DNA of 64,000 nucleotides from Lama glama (lineage: Eukaryota), in NCBI GenBank assembly GCA_028534125.1, contig CM052818.1, forward strand, positions 34,164,001 through 34,228,000, read 5' to 3'. Of this stretch, positions 1 through 12,470 are shown in pieces. How positions within the stretch are numbered: the stretch's first letter is position 1; every line of letters begins with the position of its first letter. The position numbers were made by a program, and so were the translations under genes. Below the pieces are notes generated by a model, which was not told the origin of the DNA, ran no database searches, and saw only the letters and a program-made list of their open reading frames with translations.

Positions 1-1480
1 AGACACAGGCTCTAGGTTGGCGAGGGGGCTGAGAAGACACAGGTGTACAGGCAACTCTTTGGCCTATTTCAAAAATTATGGATATGTCTAAATTTAAACC
101 TAAGGCTGTGCCCCTCTGGGCCAGGCTTCTGTTTACATACATTTATACTGTAACCCGAGTTTGTGAACTTATCTTTCTAGACGGCATAATTTCATCAAGG
201 ATATTTTAGAACTATAGTGACCAGTCCAGGCAGACTTCAGCTGGAACAAAATTGAGAGGAGCTTTATAATAAAAAGGGAACTAAGTTTCAAACATCCAGT
301 TGTTTGCAGGATTACTGGGGCTGAGTTCATTAAGGTTCAGAATGACCTGTCTAAATTTCTACCCAAACTTGCACAAAACTCCCTTAAATCAGAAGCTAAA
401 GAAGGCCAAAAATAAATAGTCAAAAGCATAATAGAGAAAGGACTTATCATCTCTTGAAGATGTTCTCATAATACCCTTACCCCATGGGTGGGGATATAGA
501 TTTACTCAAGACCTTGGGGCCATAAATAGAATAGTCATTTCCTGACCAGAACCAAATACTCTTCTTATCTCTAGTACCTCCTGGGGTTGCATATTTTAAA
601 GTTGTAGGTTCATGTTCTGCTTTCTTTAGTGTCCCTTTAGATCAAAATAGTCAATATTTGTTTGCCTTCTTCTGGGAAAGTCAACAACATACCTGGGCTG
701 TTACGCCCTAAAGACTTATTGAGGTTATTTCTACTTTTTACGAGTCCTCAACCACAAAATCAAGGACCTTAAATTTCCCTGTGATTCTTTACAGGGACCA
801 CCTTCTGTCGTATCCTAAAGATGAGGGAAGCTCTGAGACTGATTCTAGCTATCTATTGCTTTCTTTTAGAAAGGGCATAAGGTTTTGAGAGAGAAGTTAC
901 AATTTTGTCAATGTTAAAGTTCATTACCCAGGCATGATTTATCCCAAGGAGGTAAATCCTTTACTTCTGACTGATCAGAGGTCATTTAAACCTTTCCAAC
1001 TTTTCTGAAATTATCACACTTATAACTTAACATGTCCTTGGTATGCAAATCCCTTCCTTGAGAATCCCAATATGAAGAGGCCTTTTGTGAGTTAAATTAG
1101 CCCTTCAGCAACTGCCACTCCTGGCCCATCTAATCATCATAAACATTTCTATTCGTGTATGTGAGATGTGGACAAGCCTTTGGTGTTACAACTCAACTTC
1201 GTGGGACTCATCAGACATCAAGTCTACTGCAGTCTCTCTTGACCTGTGCCAAGGCCCACTCAGCTCCCCTAAAGGCACCAGCAGCTAGACTAGTGGAGGC
1301 TTTTGTGCATTTGGTTTTAGGATCTCCTTTAAATCTGATGGTCCTCCATGCCGTACAATGTTTGTGGCTCACTAAATATACACATTTCCCAGTAGGTATA
1401 GGCTTACCCCCAGTGAAATCCTATTACTTTTTCTCCCACATATTTCTATTCATTGTAATAATACTTGGAATCCTGCTAAC
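1..1480 (+). mobile_element. Degraded class I (ERV1) endogenous retrovirus internal region, pol RT/connection
   Basis: Broken frames read YRFTQDLGAINRIV (from 495), YFKVVGSCSAFFSVPLDQNSQYLFAFFWESQQHTWAVTP*, and KGHKVLREKLQFCQ..KVHYPGH, all retroviral RT motifs. Many stops and frameshifts; the YVDD region is disrupted. Left boundary uncertain. Confidence 0.85.
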
Positions 1481-1484
1481 TACA

Positions 1485-1802
1485 TTTATTGATTGATTGA
1501 TTGATTGATTTTTGTTTTTATTTTTTCCTTTTATTTATTTATTTTTTAATAGACTTAATTTTTTTTAGAGCAGTTTCAAGTTTACAGCAGAATTGAGCAG
1601 AAAATACAGAGTTCCCACATAGCCCTCCCCACCCACACATATATACTCCCCTACCCTCAACACCCCTCACCAGTGTGGCATATTTGGTACAATTGATGAA
1701 CCAACACGGGCACATTGTTATCAACCAAAGTCCATAGTTTACATTGGGGTTTACTCTTGATGTTGTACATTCTGTGGGTTTTGACAAATGCATAATGACA
1801 TG
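1485..1802 (-). mobile_element. L1 3' end (L1MC-like) with (GATT)n/T-rich tail
   Basis: aatagacttaatttttttagagcagtttcaagtttacagcagaattgagcagaaaatacagagttccca matches the reverse L1MC 3'UTR. (GATT)5 at 1491-1510. Confidence 0.8.
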
Positions 1803-3442
1803 TCCTGCTACTCTACTTTTAGATGTCCTGTTCTCAATGAGGTCATTTTGGTCTATTGGTTTCTGCTCCAGGAAAAAGAGATTGTTAGATAATTCGAGAA
1901 GGAGAAAAATGGCTTCATTTAAGAACCAAATCCTTAGCCACTCAAGGGGAATCAGGGTTGCTTTCTTCTCTCCTAACACCACAGGTTTTTCCAGATCTCA
2001 CATGTACATAAATATTCTCTTCTTTTCTTTTCCCTCATGGCAGTAATGACTGACAGTAGCTTCAAAACGTGCCCTATAAGGACAGATCACAGAGAACTCA
2101 GTTTCCTTAAGATAGTGCTTCTCACACTGTGTGTCATCTCTCTGGAGGTCAGGGTAATGTCCTGAAGGGACCACCGAAATAGAATCCTTATCATTTCCTT
2201 CCTGGAGCCACAACTCTGGAGTTTTCTTTTTCTTATTTTAGAGGAGTGGTGATGTGGTGCTGGGACCTGGCCTCTGCTCCTGCACTGAGCACAGTCTCTC
2301 TTGGATTTATCAGTCACTCATTAATCCACACACAAATACATGTCTAAATGTATGAGCATTTAAGCACCTACCATGTGTGCAGAGATGATCTGGCCAGAGG
2401 AATCCTTCTCTCACCCATGGATGACACCTTGTTTGAGGAGAAAGGCTGTACATAGTGGCTAACTGCTGACTAGTTAATAACTATTTTAAGGAGATGTGTA
2501 GGCATAATTTATTTTTTGGCCACCTCCCCAGGAAACTGCAGCATGTCCCCAAAGCAGCTTAATATGATTAAAATACCCTCCAAGAATCTGCCAATACTGA
2601 TGTCTCCTCGGCCTTCTCTCTGTTACAGACTGTGAAGTGGGTCTGTAAGGCTGCCTCACCTGAAGTGCATCAGGATGTGAAGATGTGGGGAGGGCTGCTA
2701 CAAAAGAGGCCAGACCCCAGGAGCACCTCAACCCCAGACAAGCCAGGATGGCCTTGACTTAGGACTAAGATGGAACAAATGATGATGACTCCACAGTGGC
2801 AGAAAGGACTTTCAAAATAAAGGTAGATGAGTGAGGTACCTGCTCACCAGAAACATCACGAGTCCTCTGCAATGTCTGTCAGGACGAGGCCCCACAGCAC
2901 CTACCCGGAAGCACAGGACACCCTGCAGACCCGCACCTCTGGGCAGGGATGGAGAAGGGTAGGGGCTGGCTGAGGTTCTCAGGGTCCCTGCTCTGGGCTC
3001 CCACTGGCCGCTGGGCACTTCAGTCTGGTCAAGGCTAATGCAAAGTTAAATCCATGTAATGGTCAGAGGATAATAGCTTAATGACAAACAAACAAACAAA
3101 ATCTGTTATTGAGGGTGCAGGGAAAAATACTCTTTTAAACACAGTTGGTGAGAGTGTAATCTAGTACAATTTTTTGAAGGGCAATTTGGCGGAAAAAAAA
3201 AGGCTTTACATTTTTATATAGTTTTGGACCTTAATTCTTCTACTTATAGAATTAAGGAATTTAATACTAAAGCAATAATTATGGGTATATATAAAACTTT
3301 AATATATATAAACTAATTTATAATAGTGAAAACCTGGAAACAAGTGAAGCAGTCAACAATAATTGTTAAACAAATAATGGTGCATCTAAACTGTGCAGCT
3401 GCTTAAGAAAATGATATTGTAGAAGAACATGTAATGACTCTT

Positions 3443-3803
3443 TGGCACCATTGGCTGACTGACTCAGCACCGACTCCCAACACCACTTTCCCTTGCCTTT
3501 CTCCACTAGACAGGGTCAGAAAAATGAAATACTTGCTTCCCAGCCTCTCTTACAACTAAGAGCCACCTTGAGTCATGAGCTAATAAGCCAACAGGTGAAG
3601 GAGCTGGAGTGTCCTTGATGATGTCCTTGAGCTGTTCTGCTAGCCTGTACCTCCTGCTTCCAGACTCCTGTCATGTGAGGAAAATACCCCTATTATTTGC
3701 TTAAGCCACTGCTGGTTTGGGTTAGGGTGTGCTGGTAACTAACACCGCTAGTTGTCATTAGGGCTTGCTGTTACTTGTACCAAAACATAGTCCCAACTGA
3801 AAG
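3443..3803 (+). mobile_element. ERVL LTR (LTR33/LTR16-like) inside an old L1M fragment (~3100-4050)
   Basis: ttgcttcccagcctctcttacaactaag...cttccagactcctgtcatgtgagg...ttgcttaagccactgctggtttgg...tgttacttg resembles the LTR33 consensus. Confidence 0.6.
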
Positions 3804-6521
3804 ACATGGAAGGATGTTTACAATACATTAAATTGGGGGAAAGTGTTACAGAGCAGGAATATACCCATAGGCATAGAAGAAAAACGTGAGGGTATATTTT
3901 AAAATAATAACTGTGGTTCTGTCTGATAGTAGGGGATTATAGGAGGTTTTGATTTTCTTCTTTGGGTTTATCTGGATTTTCTAATTTTTTTTTTTTACAA
4001 TGAATGTATAACTTTTGTGACAAGCAAAAAACTCAATGAAATGTATTTTTAAAAAACAGGGTAGAAAAGTAATGGAAGAAAGCTTGTGGTCAGGCAGCAA
4101 AAGTCTTTGACAATAGTTGCCAAAATAACCACTTAAAGGCTTCTATTGCGTATAGTCTGGGTGGTTCAGACTTCACAGGAATGGTGGTTCCAGCCCTTCT
4201 TTGCTGGTTCCTCTGTTTTGAAAGATCCTCACTAGATCCTAACCAGGCCCGCTGAGGTCTGCCTCCACCAGCAGGGAGCTTTCCTCTGGGATGGCCCAGG
4301 CCCAGGAGGCCACAAGGGACTCTGAGCAATTCTTAGCTCATCTTTCTCTCCTCCTCACTGGGGGGAAAAGGGGGATGGGAAGCAAGACCCACCTTCCCCA
4401 CCCCGTCTCTCATTTCTTGCTCTCTCCTAAGCATCTTGGCAGAATCAAATGAGATGATCTATCTGGAAGTGCTTTATGCATTATATAATGTAATAAAGTG
4501 TAAGTTATTTTCCTTATCTCTGTCTTTCTTCACTCTTCTCCCTATCTGTTTTTAAGTCTTTCACTCTTGTCCTTTCTCTTCTGCCCTTGTCCCTTTTCCC
4601 AATCCCTCCTCCCGCCTCATCTGGCCATGGTACAGCAAGGACATGATGGGCGCACAGCCTTGTATCCACATTTCCATCATATTTCACATCACCCTGCATT
4701 CTACTCATCTGTTCACGGACTACTCGCCCTTGCTCAGCAATGAGCTCCCTGAGCTGGGACCACATCTTTCAACCTGAAAAACCTTCTAACACTTGTCTCA
4801 CAGTATACTCCTGGCAAATGTCTGCTTTATATCACTAAAGTACTTTAAAAAAATTGTTTTGTTATCTGGATAAAGCACAAATACTCACACTTATGTGTAA
4901 AATCAGTCATCCATGTAAGTAGGAATGTGTTACTTGCATTTTAAAAATTAAGGTCTTATAGAATCTTTATTTTTAAGAACCAAATACTGAGAATTGGCAG
5001 AAAGATTAGTAGGTTGGAGAAACTAAATCTGCAAGTATCCATGAAATGCCATATTAGAAGCGCATGTATTCGGAATCTAATCCTACCTCTCTCATTTTGG
5101 CCAAGTTGTCAAATCATTGTTTTTCTCATCCACGTCATCCCTTCCATTCTCACTGATATCATCCTTGTCCAAACTGTTACTTTGTGATTTGATGGCATTC
5201 CTGCTTCTAGTTTCCTTTAAAGTTTCTTACCCCTCATTGCAAGACAAACTTTCCAAAAACACTGCTTTCATCCTTCCCTCTACCCACCAAATCTCCAGTG
5301 GCCCTTTACCCATACAGATTCTATAAGATAGAAACCAAACTTCTTGGCCTGGTGTTCACAATCTTACTCCATTCCTCCCCCCATCATTCTTTTCTTTGGC
5401 TTCTCCATCCCTTGGACCCTCAGCTTCAGATTACTGTCCTCCTCCCGCCAGTCTTCCTAATATTGAATCCCTCCCAGCCCTCACTTGTACCTGAAAATGC
5501 CTTCTTCCTTTTAAGGGGAGGCTCATGTTACACCACTTCCACGACCAGTGGCTGATAGAATTAGGATCCTAAATTGCTGTGCCAGGCTAAATTATTCAAA
5601 AGAAATACATTTGAGGGTCTGCATTTGGATCATAAAAACCAAACTGGAAGGTAGAGATGCGGCAGAGGATGTAAGGATTTGCAACAGATATGTGCAAACT
5701 CCTAAGGATTTTGAACTGATGGGACTGTGAGGTTAGTTGCTTCTGTGATGGGACTGACCAAAGGGAACAGTGACAGAGGCTGGGGAAGAGGACCCCACTG
5801 ACTGAAGCCGTCATGGTCTTGACCTTACTGTGCATTTTATTTATTCACTTACTCCTCACAACATGGTGAGGTATGGCTGGGATGAGGGTACCACTAGCTC
5901 CATTTTATGGGCTTCACATTCACCACTAGACTACCATTAAAGCAACCCCTGATTCTATGTCTTCCATTGCCTTCCAGCACACTCCCCATGACTGGCACCT
6001 GCCTGCCTCTCCAGCCTCACCTCCTGTCACCACTCCCCCTTCCCACTCTGCGTTCCTGCTTTAAGATACTGTACCAGGCTGAGTCAGCCTTTGGCATTTT
6101 TTGTTCATACTTTTCTTCTGTTGGAAATACCTTCCATTCCTTGTTACCAATCTTCACCTGGAAAATGCCAGTCTAATCTCAAGATTCATCTCAAGTGTCA
6201 GCTCCCCGATTCTCATCTCCTTGCACTGGGCTGAGTTAGGTTGGCCTTCTAGGTGTTTCTGTAATATACATGGGTGTACTTCTAACCCAGACAGTATTTA
6301 CCATATCTTTTTCTCCCACTTCACTATGAACCTCTCAAGGGCTGAGATTAAGTCTTTGCACCCCTATTGTCTAGTATGGTGCCCAGTACATGGTAAGTTC
6401 TCAGATATTAGTAGAACTAAACTAAGGCTCAGAGAGCTTAAGTAACTTGCTTGAGATAACATAGATAGTAAGAACAGAACTGGTTTGAAACTAGACATCT
6501 GATTATAAAGTCCTTCTTCTA

Positions 6522-6990
6522 GGATGAAAAAGGTGATAATCTTGCTCCCATCTGGGCTGGTCAGACCACACCTGGAATACTGAATTCAGTTCTGGGAAGC
6601 AAACTTTCAGGATAACATTCATGAAGAGGAGCATGTCTGAAGAAGAGTGACTATGACAGTGAGTGTAGCAAATACACTCAAACCCAGGTCATACGAGGAT
6701 CTGATGGAGAAACTCAAGGTTGAGCTTACAGATGGGAGAAAAATTAAGGCTGATCTAAGAATTATCTTTAATGACTTGAAGGGCTACCAAGGGGAGGGTA
6801 AGCATTAGGCTCCTCTGTGGCCACAAGGGGTATAATTGTGACCAAAGTGTTGGAAGTACATAAAAAAGATAGATATTGACCAACTGAAGAAAAACATTTC
6901 TAGCAGAGCTAAAGGCAGCATATCTATCCCAGAAGGGGTAGGGTCCCATCACAGCAAGTTTCGAAGCTGGATGACACTCTTTGGGGATGT
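6522..6990 (+). mobile_element. CR1/L3 LINE ORF2 3' fragment
   Basis: ctggtcagaccacacctggaatactgaattcagttctgg = LVRPHLEY*IQFW, a CR1 RT C-terminal hallmark. Confidence 0.8.
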
Positions 6991-7331
6991 CCCAGTGGGG
7001 TCAATAACCAGGTATTTTTCTGTTTCTCAGGTGAAGAGCTTAAAAAGGAAATATTGTAAGGGCTGGTCTCTGCTAGTTAAGGGAACTCCTGTCTCCTAAT
7101 GTCTCATCTATTTCTTACGGCTGCCCAAGGACCCCAGAGACAGGAGCTCCACCTCTTGGACCTACCAGCTTCCAAGACCAAACACTCTGATAACAGAAGG
7201 AACAGACATGATGGACAGGCATGAATAGGCCAAGCAGACTTAAGATACAATATTCCCATCTGTTGTCTTCCCATTGTCTTTATGGCCCAAATAGGGAAGA
7301 CTAAGCAATGTGTCCTGGAGAGAGCTTTTCC

Positions 7332-7332
<1 letters not shown>

Positions 7333-7376
<44 letters not shown>
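7333..7376. repeat. (AC)22 microsatellite
   Basis: Perfect dinucleotide run. Confidence 0.97.
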
Positions 7377-7379
<3 letters not shown>

Positions 7380-7905
7380 GTCCTCTCTAGAATGAGGCTC
7401 AGGTATGTGGAAAAGCTTCCCAGGTGATTCTTATTTGTCCTCTAACTTGTATGAGAACCACTTTTTTCTCCTAATACTATCACTAACCCCATCATTCCTC
7501 CATGTATTTTTTCATTTATCTCTTTAGATCAGTACACACTCATAGATTACTTTATTCAATAGGCTGTAACACATTACTATCATTTATTCTGATGCTCAGA
7601 TTGTCCCTGTTTTGGCCATTGGGAGCCCCTTTCAGCTGGCTCCTGAGTCTTTTTGACACATTCCCATCATTCTTGGAGAAATTCCTTACTTTCTGGTGTA
7701 AAAAGATGCTCCAGGCTCAACTTACACTTTTCCTGCCTCTGTCTTGGAACAAGCCATTTCTCTAAGGATTCCTGGTCCTCTTAAGAGAGAGTAAAAACCT
7801 CTTTTGAAGACTTAAGCATCATATTAATATTTATGATAAAAGAAGACTGAAGCAAAGTCAGGAAAAGAACAAGAAAGAGCCCCTTCTGTGATTATGACTA
7901 AGAGG

Positions 7906-8113
7906 CAGGGGTCATCAATTATGAGCCAAAGCTCCCCACCTTTTGTAAATAAAATTTTATTGGAGGACAACCACACTCACTCATTTACATATTGTCTATG
8001 GTTGCTTTCATATTAAAATAGCAGAACTGAATAGTTTTCACTGAGACTGTATGGCTTGTAAAGTGTGAAATACTTACTCTCTGGCCCTTACAGAAAATGT
8101 TTACTGATCCCTG
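7906..8113. mobile_element. MER58A-like hAT-Charlie DNA transposon
   Basis: Ends caggggtc...gatccctg; internal tttgtaaataaaattttattgga and tttacatattgtctatggttgctttc. Confidence 0.8.
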
Positions 8114-9250
8114 CAAACAAGTATCTATATGTTATAGACAGGATTACCTATCATGAGGAATAGTGTGACTTGGAAATATTATAAATAAGACTAATCTATC
8201 TCCCCAGAGGTCACAAGGCAGCAAAATAAGCTACAAATTTAGAAAAACTGTCACATGTCATTATGCAGAATCTGGTTGTAAAGGTAATTATAAACAGAGT
8301 GGGTGGTTATTGTGGAATCCAGGAAAAAAGATGCCTAGAAAGTGAAACTGTGTTAGTGCAATTTTAACACTGTCCAAGGAGTGGCACTCAGTTTAGCTGA
8401 TGTTGATATTTTGGTCACTAGTACAGTGTGTCTTCTGGTGGAAAGGGGAGAAGTAATCAACCTTGACCACAGTGTAGATGATACATCATTTCTTAACGTC
8501 TATTTGCTCTCATTTTGTGCTCACAGAGCAAGTGCTGATTATCTTTCTGATTTTCAAGGCACCACGTTAAAGGGAAGAACTATATACCTTGCTATATTAA
8601 ATTTACTTTCTGGCACAAATGCACCTGAACAAAGAAATATGTTAGTTTTCTCAGGGCTCAGTGACTTAAGGAGAGCCGATTATTAAAGTATCTGACCTAA
8701 AGACCTGAGAGGCTAGATCCTGAACTGTGTCAGTTCTCTTAGAATATGGCACACAACAAAACAGTCAAAACAGCCAGATCGTCATAACACTTCCTTCAAA
8801 GCGGGCAGATGCTGAAATGTTGGACAGCTCCCACCTACAGAGATTAGGGCTCTAGCCACATTCTGGAAGCCTTCCTTAAAGTCAGTATTCTCAAAAAGTC
8901 TCTGTCTTGTAGGAGAAACCTGTCCCCTACTCAGGACAGTATGATTCCCAAGATGTCCATTTAGTTCTGGCTTTCCTGCCAAGCATGAACTTTTGGACCC
9001 AATCAGTGGCCAAGTCCAAGCTGGGCCTATGCTAGTAGGATAAAGGACCAGAACTGCCTTATTTCCTAAATCTAGCAAACATCAGAGTTGGTAGGGCTGA
9101 GAAGGAGGCCAAGTGCTCAGCAGCTGGCCCTCAACCTGCCATTTCACTGGGCAGGGAGTCACACCCATACACACCAAGTGACTGCAGCAGAGTGTATTAA
9201 AACTGCAACATGCATTCAGGGGCAGGGGCAGTGTCTTGTATTTGTATTCT

Positions 9251-9390
9251 AGTTTTTTTTTTTTCATTTATAAATTTTTTTAACATTTTTTATTGATTTA
9301 TAATCATTTTACAATGTTGTGTCAAATTCCAGTGTTCAGCACAATTTTTCAGCCATTCATGGACATATACACACTCATTGTCACATTTTT
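9251..9390 (-). mobile_element. Young 5'-truncated lineage-specific L1 3' end
   Basis: Poly-T tail, tttattgatttataatcattttacaatgttgtgtcaaattcc; perfect 15-bp TSD TTGTATTTGTATTCT at 9236-9250 and 9391-9405. Confidence 0.88.
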
Positions 9391-12300
9391 TTGTATTTGT
9401 ATTCTTAATTCTAAAGCATGGCCCAAAGTAGGTGCTTAATATTTATTGAGTGACCTGTTTTCTCTCCCCTTCAAACAATCCATCCACAACTTCTAGAATA
9501 GGTTAGAATTTTTAAAAAAATCTGAGAACATTACTCATGAGAATGAATGCCCTGCTTCCCATAATATATGACTTTAAAATCACTTTTTTTCACAAAAAGT
9601 AATGCTGTAGCTTTTAGATGAAAATATATGAACATATTTCATTTATTTTTCTCTCTTAGTTATGGAAGTAGTAAGTTTCTGATTTCCCCAAATCATGAAA
9701 TTAAACAATTATACACATCCGGCTTCTCATAGGAAGTTGGCACAAATGAAGGATGTGCATGGGTTGTGGTGGTAGTGAAGAACAGAAAATCAGTTCTCAC
9801 ATGTGTGGCCTAAGAAGGTGAAGGCGAAAAGTCTAGCATGACTTATGGCAATGAGTTATTTCAATAAGGGAAAGAGAGGAAGAATGCCCATTAATTTTAG
9901 TGAAACAGAGAACATAGACAGTTGTTACCTGTTTACATCTGGCCTAACTTAGAGTTTGAGAATCAGATCTGGAAAAGTAAGACTGGGAGTGGATGCCTAG
10001 AAGTTGCCAGGGACTTCCAGAGAGATGATTTAGACAATCTTATGACGGCAGAATTCTGGAGGGATAGAGATAGAAAGAAGACACTAGGGAAACTGTGTGA
10101 AAAATGAAGCCATTTCTTTTATTTCTTTAGGGCTCTACAAAGTGAGTGGAGAGTTTTATTCAGTTTTGAAAAAGAATAGGGGCTACTTTGGAGTAGGCAT
10201 ACATGGATCACAACTGTGGAGGAGTGACTTTTAATAAAGTGAATGGCAGTGACCCACAGACCGTTAGTAGTCAATTGCCATACCCGAAGTCCCTCTTCTC
10301 CTTAACATGACCATCAAGCTCTTTACTCTGTCATCAAGGTTGTAGGCAGTATTGGTTCAATCATCACTATCACTTCCTTCCTGCTACTGTCCTACTAGGA
10401 CTAGACATGTGACTGATGGACAGGCTGTGCCTTTGTGGCAGACCTGACCGTCCAGGGGCTGATCAACCAAGCCTTCCCAGACTCTGTTTTAGATCCCTTA
10501 AATTCAGTAAGTACACACCATGCATCACAATGTGTCAGGGACCGTGCTGGGCACTGGTGACAGGCAGATAACCAGGACGAGGCCCCTGCCATCAAGGAGC
10601 TCACAGCTGAACCGAGACACAGCTGAGAGACAGAACAATAATATATACAAAGGCTGTAACACCAGTCCATTCTTCCCCAGCAATTATTTGAGCAACTAAT
10701 CTCTTGGTAATCATTTTGTTATTGAATTTGAAAAATTAGAAAAGTGGTACTGAAATCAAATAATATACATGCGTATAAAATAAAAAAGTAAAGTTTCTTG
10801 GTTTCAGGTATGTGTATTCTTCAGATCTTTTAATATAGATACTCAAACTACATACATACATACATATTTGTTTCATTGTTTAAAGAAAAACAGAATCAAA
10901 ATATAAATATTCTGTGACTGTTTCTTTCCCTTTAAAATAACATGGTTATTTTTCTACACAGTGTATAGGGATTCACCTCATTCTCTGATGGTAGCATAGT
11001 CTTTTGTATCCAAAATAATTAATTTCTCTGAAAAGGTTAGGGAAAGTTTCAGGCAAAAGGTGATAGGTGATCTGGCCTTGAAAGAAGAGTTGGAGTTCAT
11101 TTCATAGCAAGAAAAATCAAGAGATAATACTTGCGATGCAGGAAGGGAGTGGGTACAGTCTGAGCATGCGTAAGAGATGTGGAAACACACAGCCTCTTTG
11201 GGGACCATCAAAGTCTGGTGAGGACACGGTGTTTCTCAAACTGGGGTGTGCCTCAGAATCACCTTGGGATTTCTTAAAACTGCAGCTGCGTTGTCTCCTA
11301 CGTTGAGATTCTGACTCAGTAGGTTGATGACTCCAAAGCGTCTGCTCTTAATCACTACACTAGGCTGCCTCTCCTTCTATGATAGTGTGTATTCATACCA
11401 TCCTTCCTAAGACAAACAAGGCAACTGGAGGCCCAGAAAGTCCCCACAATTGCATTGTGGAAAATCCGGGCATCCTTAGATCTTGCTCTCACTTGGCCAT
11501 TTCACTCTGTCTTCTAGCATCCTCTTCTATACCAACTTTTTGCTTTGTAGTTTTATATCATCTTTCATCTGAGCAGTTCAAAGTATTCCCAATGCTGACC
11601 TCATGATTGGGCAATGGGAACAGGTAATAACCTTATTTTATAGAAGGATAAATAGAGGCATCAGCCTCACTTTCTTACCAGAGTGAGTCAACACTGAAGC
11701 TGAGAACATAATTCAAGTCTGCCTTTCCTCCTGTTCGTGTTATTATTGCCCTTTCCCCTGAATTACAGACCTTGGATCAGTTTTCTTATTAATCGAGGCA
11801 GCGTACAGAAAGCAACCTGCGTAGTGCCCCGGTCACACAGAGACAGGTCATTTTTCTCCTGGTAACAAAAAGCAGGGGCTGCCCAGGTGCTCGGAGCTTA
11901 GTGGGTGTTTCCTCATGTGCTTCAAAAGAGCCATCAGAAATCCCACATAGTCTTTTCTTCTTAGGGAGTTAAGAAAAACTTGAACAGGCCATCAAACCAT
12001 GTAGAGGCAAAGACAGTTGCATCTTAAGGCTCTGTTTCTGTATCAATTTGGGAGACCAGGGTGCTGGTTATGGAAAAGCTGAGGTGGTGAAGTTGTGTGC
12101 CTGGCAAGAATGAACATGGGACCTCACCGCACAGAGTGGTGCTGAGCCAGAGCATAACTCTTCCCTAGGCCCAATGTGCTATGAAGGGAGGAGGAGAATC
12201 ACTTTCCTGCTAAGGAGTGGCAAAGGTCACCTCTGGCTTTGGATGAAGCCCTTCAAGCAAAGATTGACCCCATGTATCTCAAGAAGGACAATTTCTAGAG

Positions 12301-12470
12301 CAGAGGTTCTTAAAATGCAGGGTGTGCAGGAATCACCTGACTGGTCTATTCTAATGCAGATTCCTGAGCCTGTCCCCCGAGTGGTCAGATGTGGGCTGGG
12401 GCTCAGGAGCCTGCATTCTTCACAGGCTTTCCTGGTGAGTCAGTAGCAGGACCACACTTGAGGCCGCCCT
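12301..12470. mobile_element. MER5-type hAT-Charlie element
   Basis: cagaggttcttaaa...gaatcacctg...aatgcagattcctgagcc...aggagcctgcattct. Further MER5 pieces near 7380-7460, 11228-11325 and 63820-64000. Confidence 0.65.

Noticed and set aside
1155..2046. ORFs of 100-147 aa as host genes
   Set aside because: They fall within decayed ERV pol and L1 3'UTR sequence.
12130..12147. REST/NRSE site (GTGGTGCTGA)
   Set aside because: Only one half-site matches; the CTGTCC half is absent.
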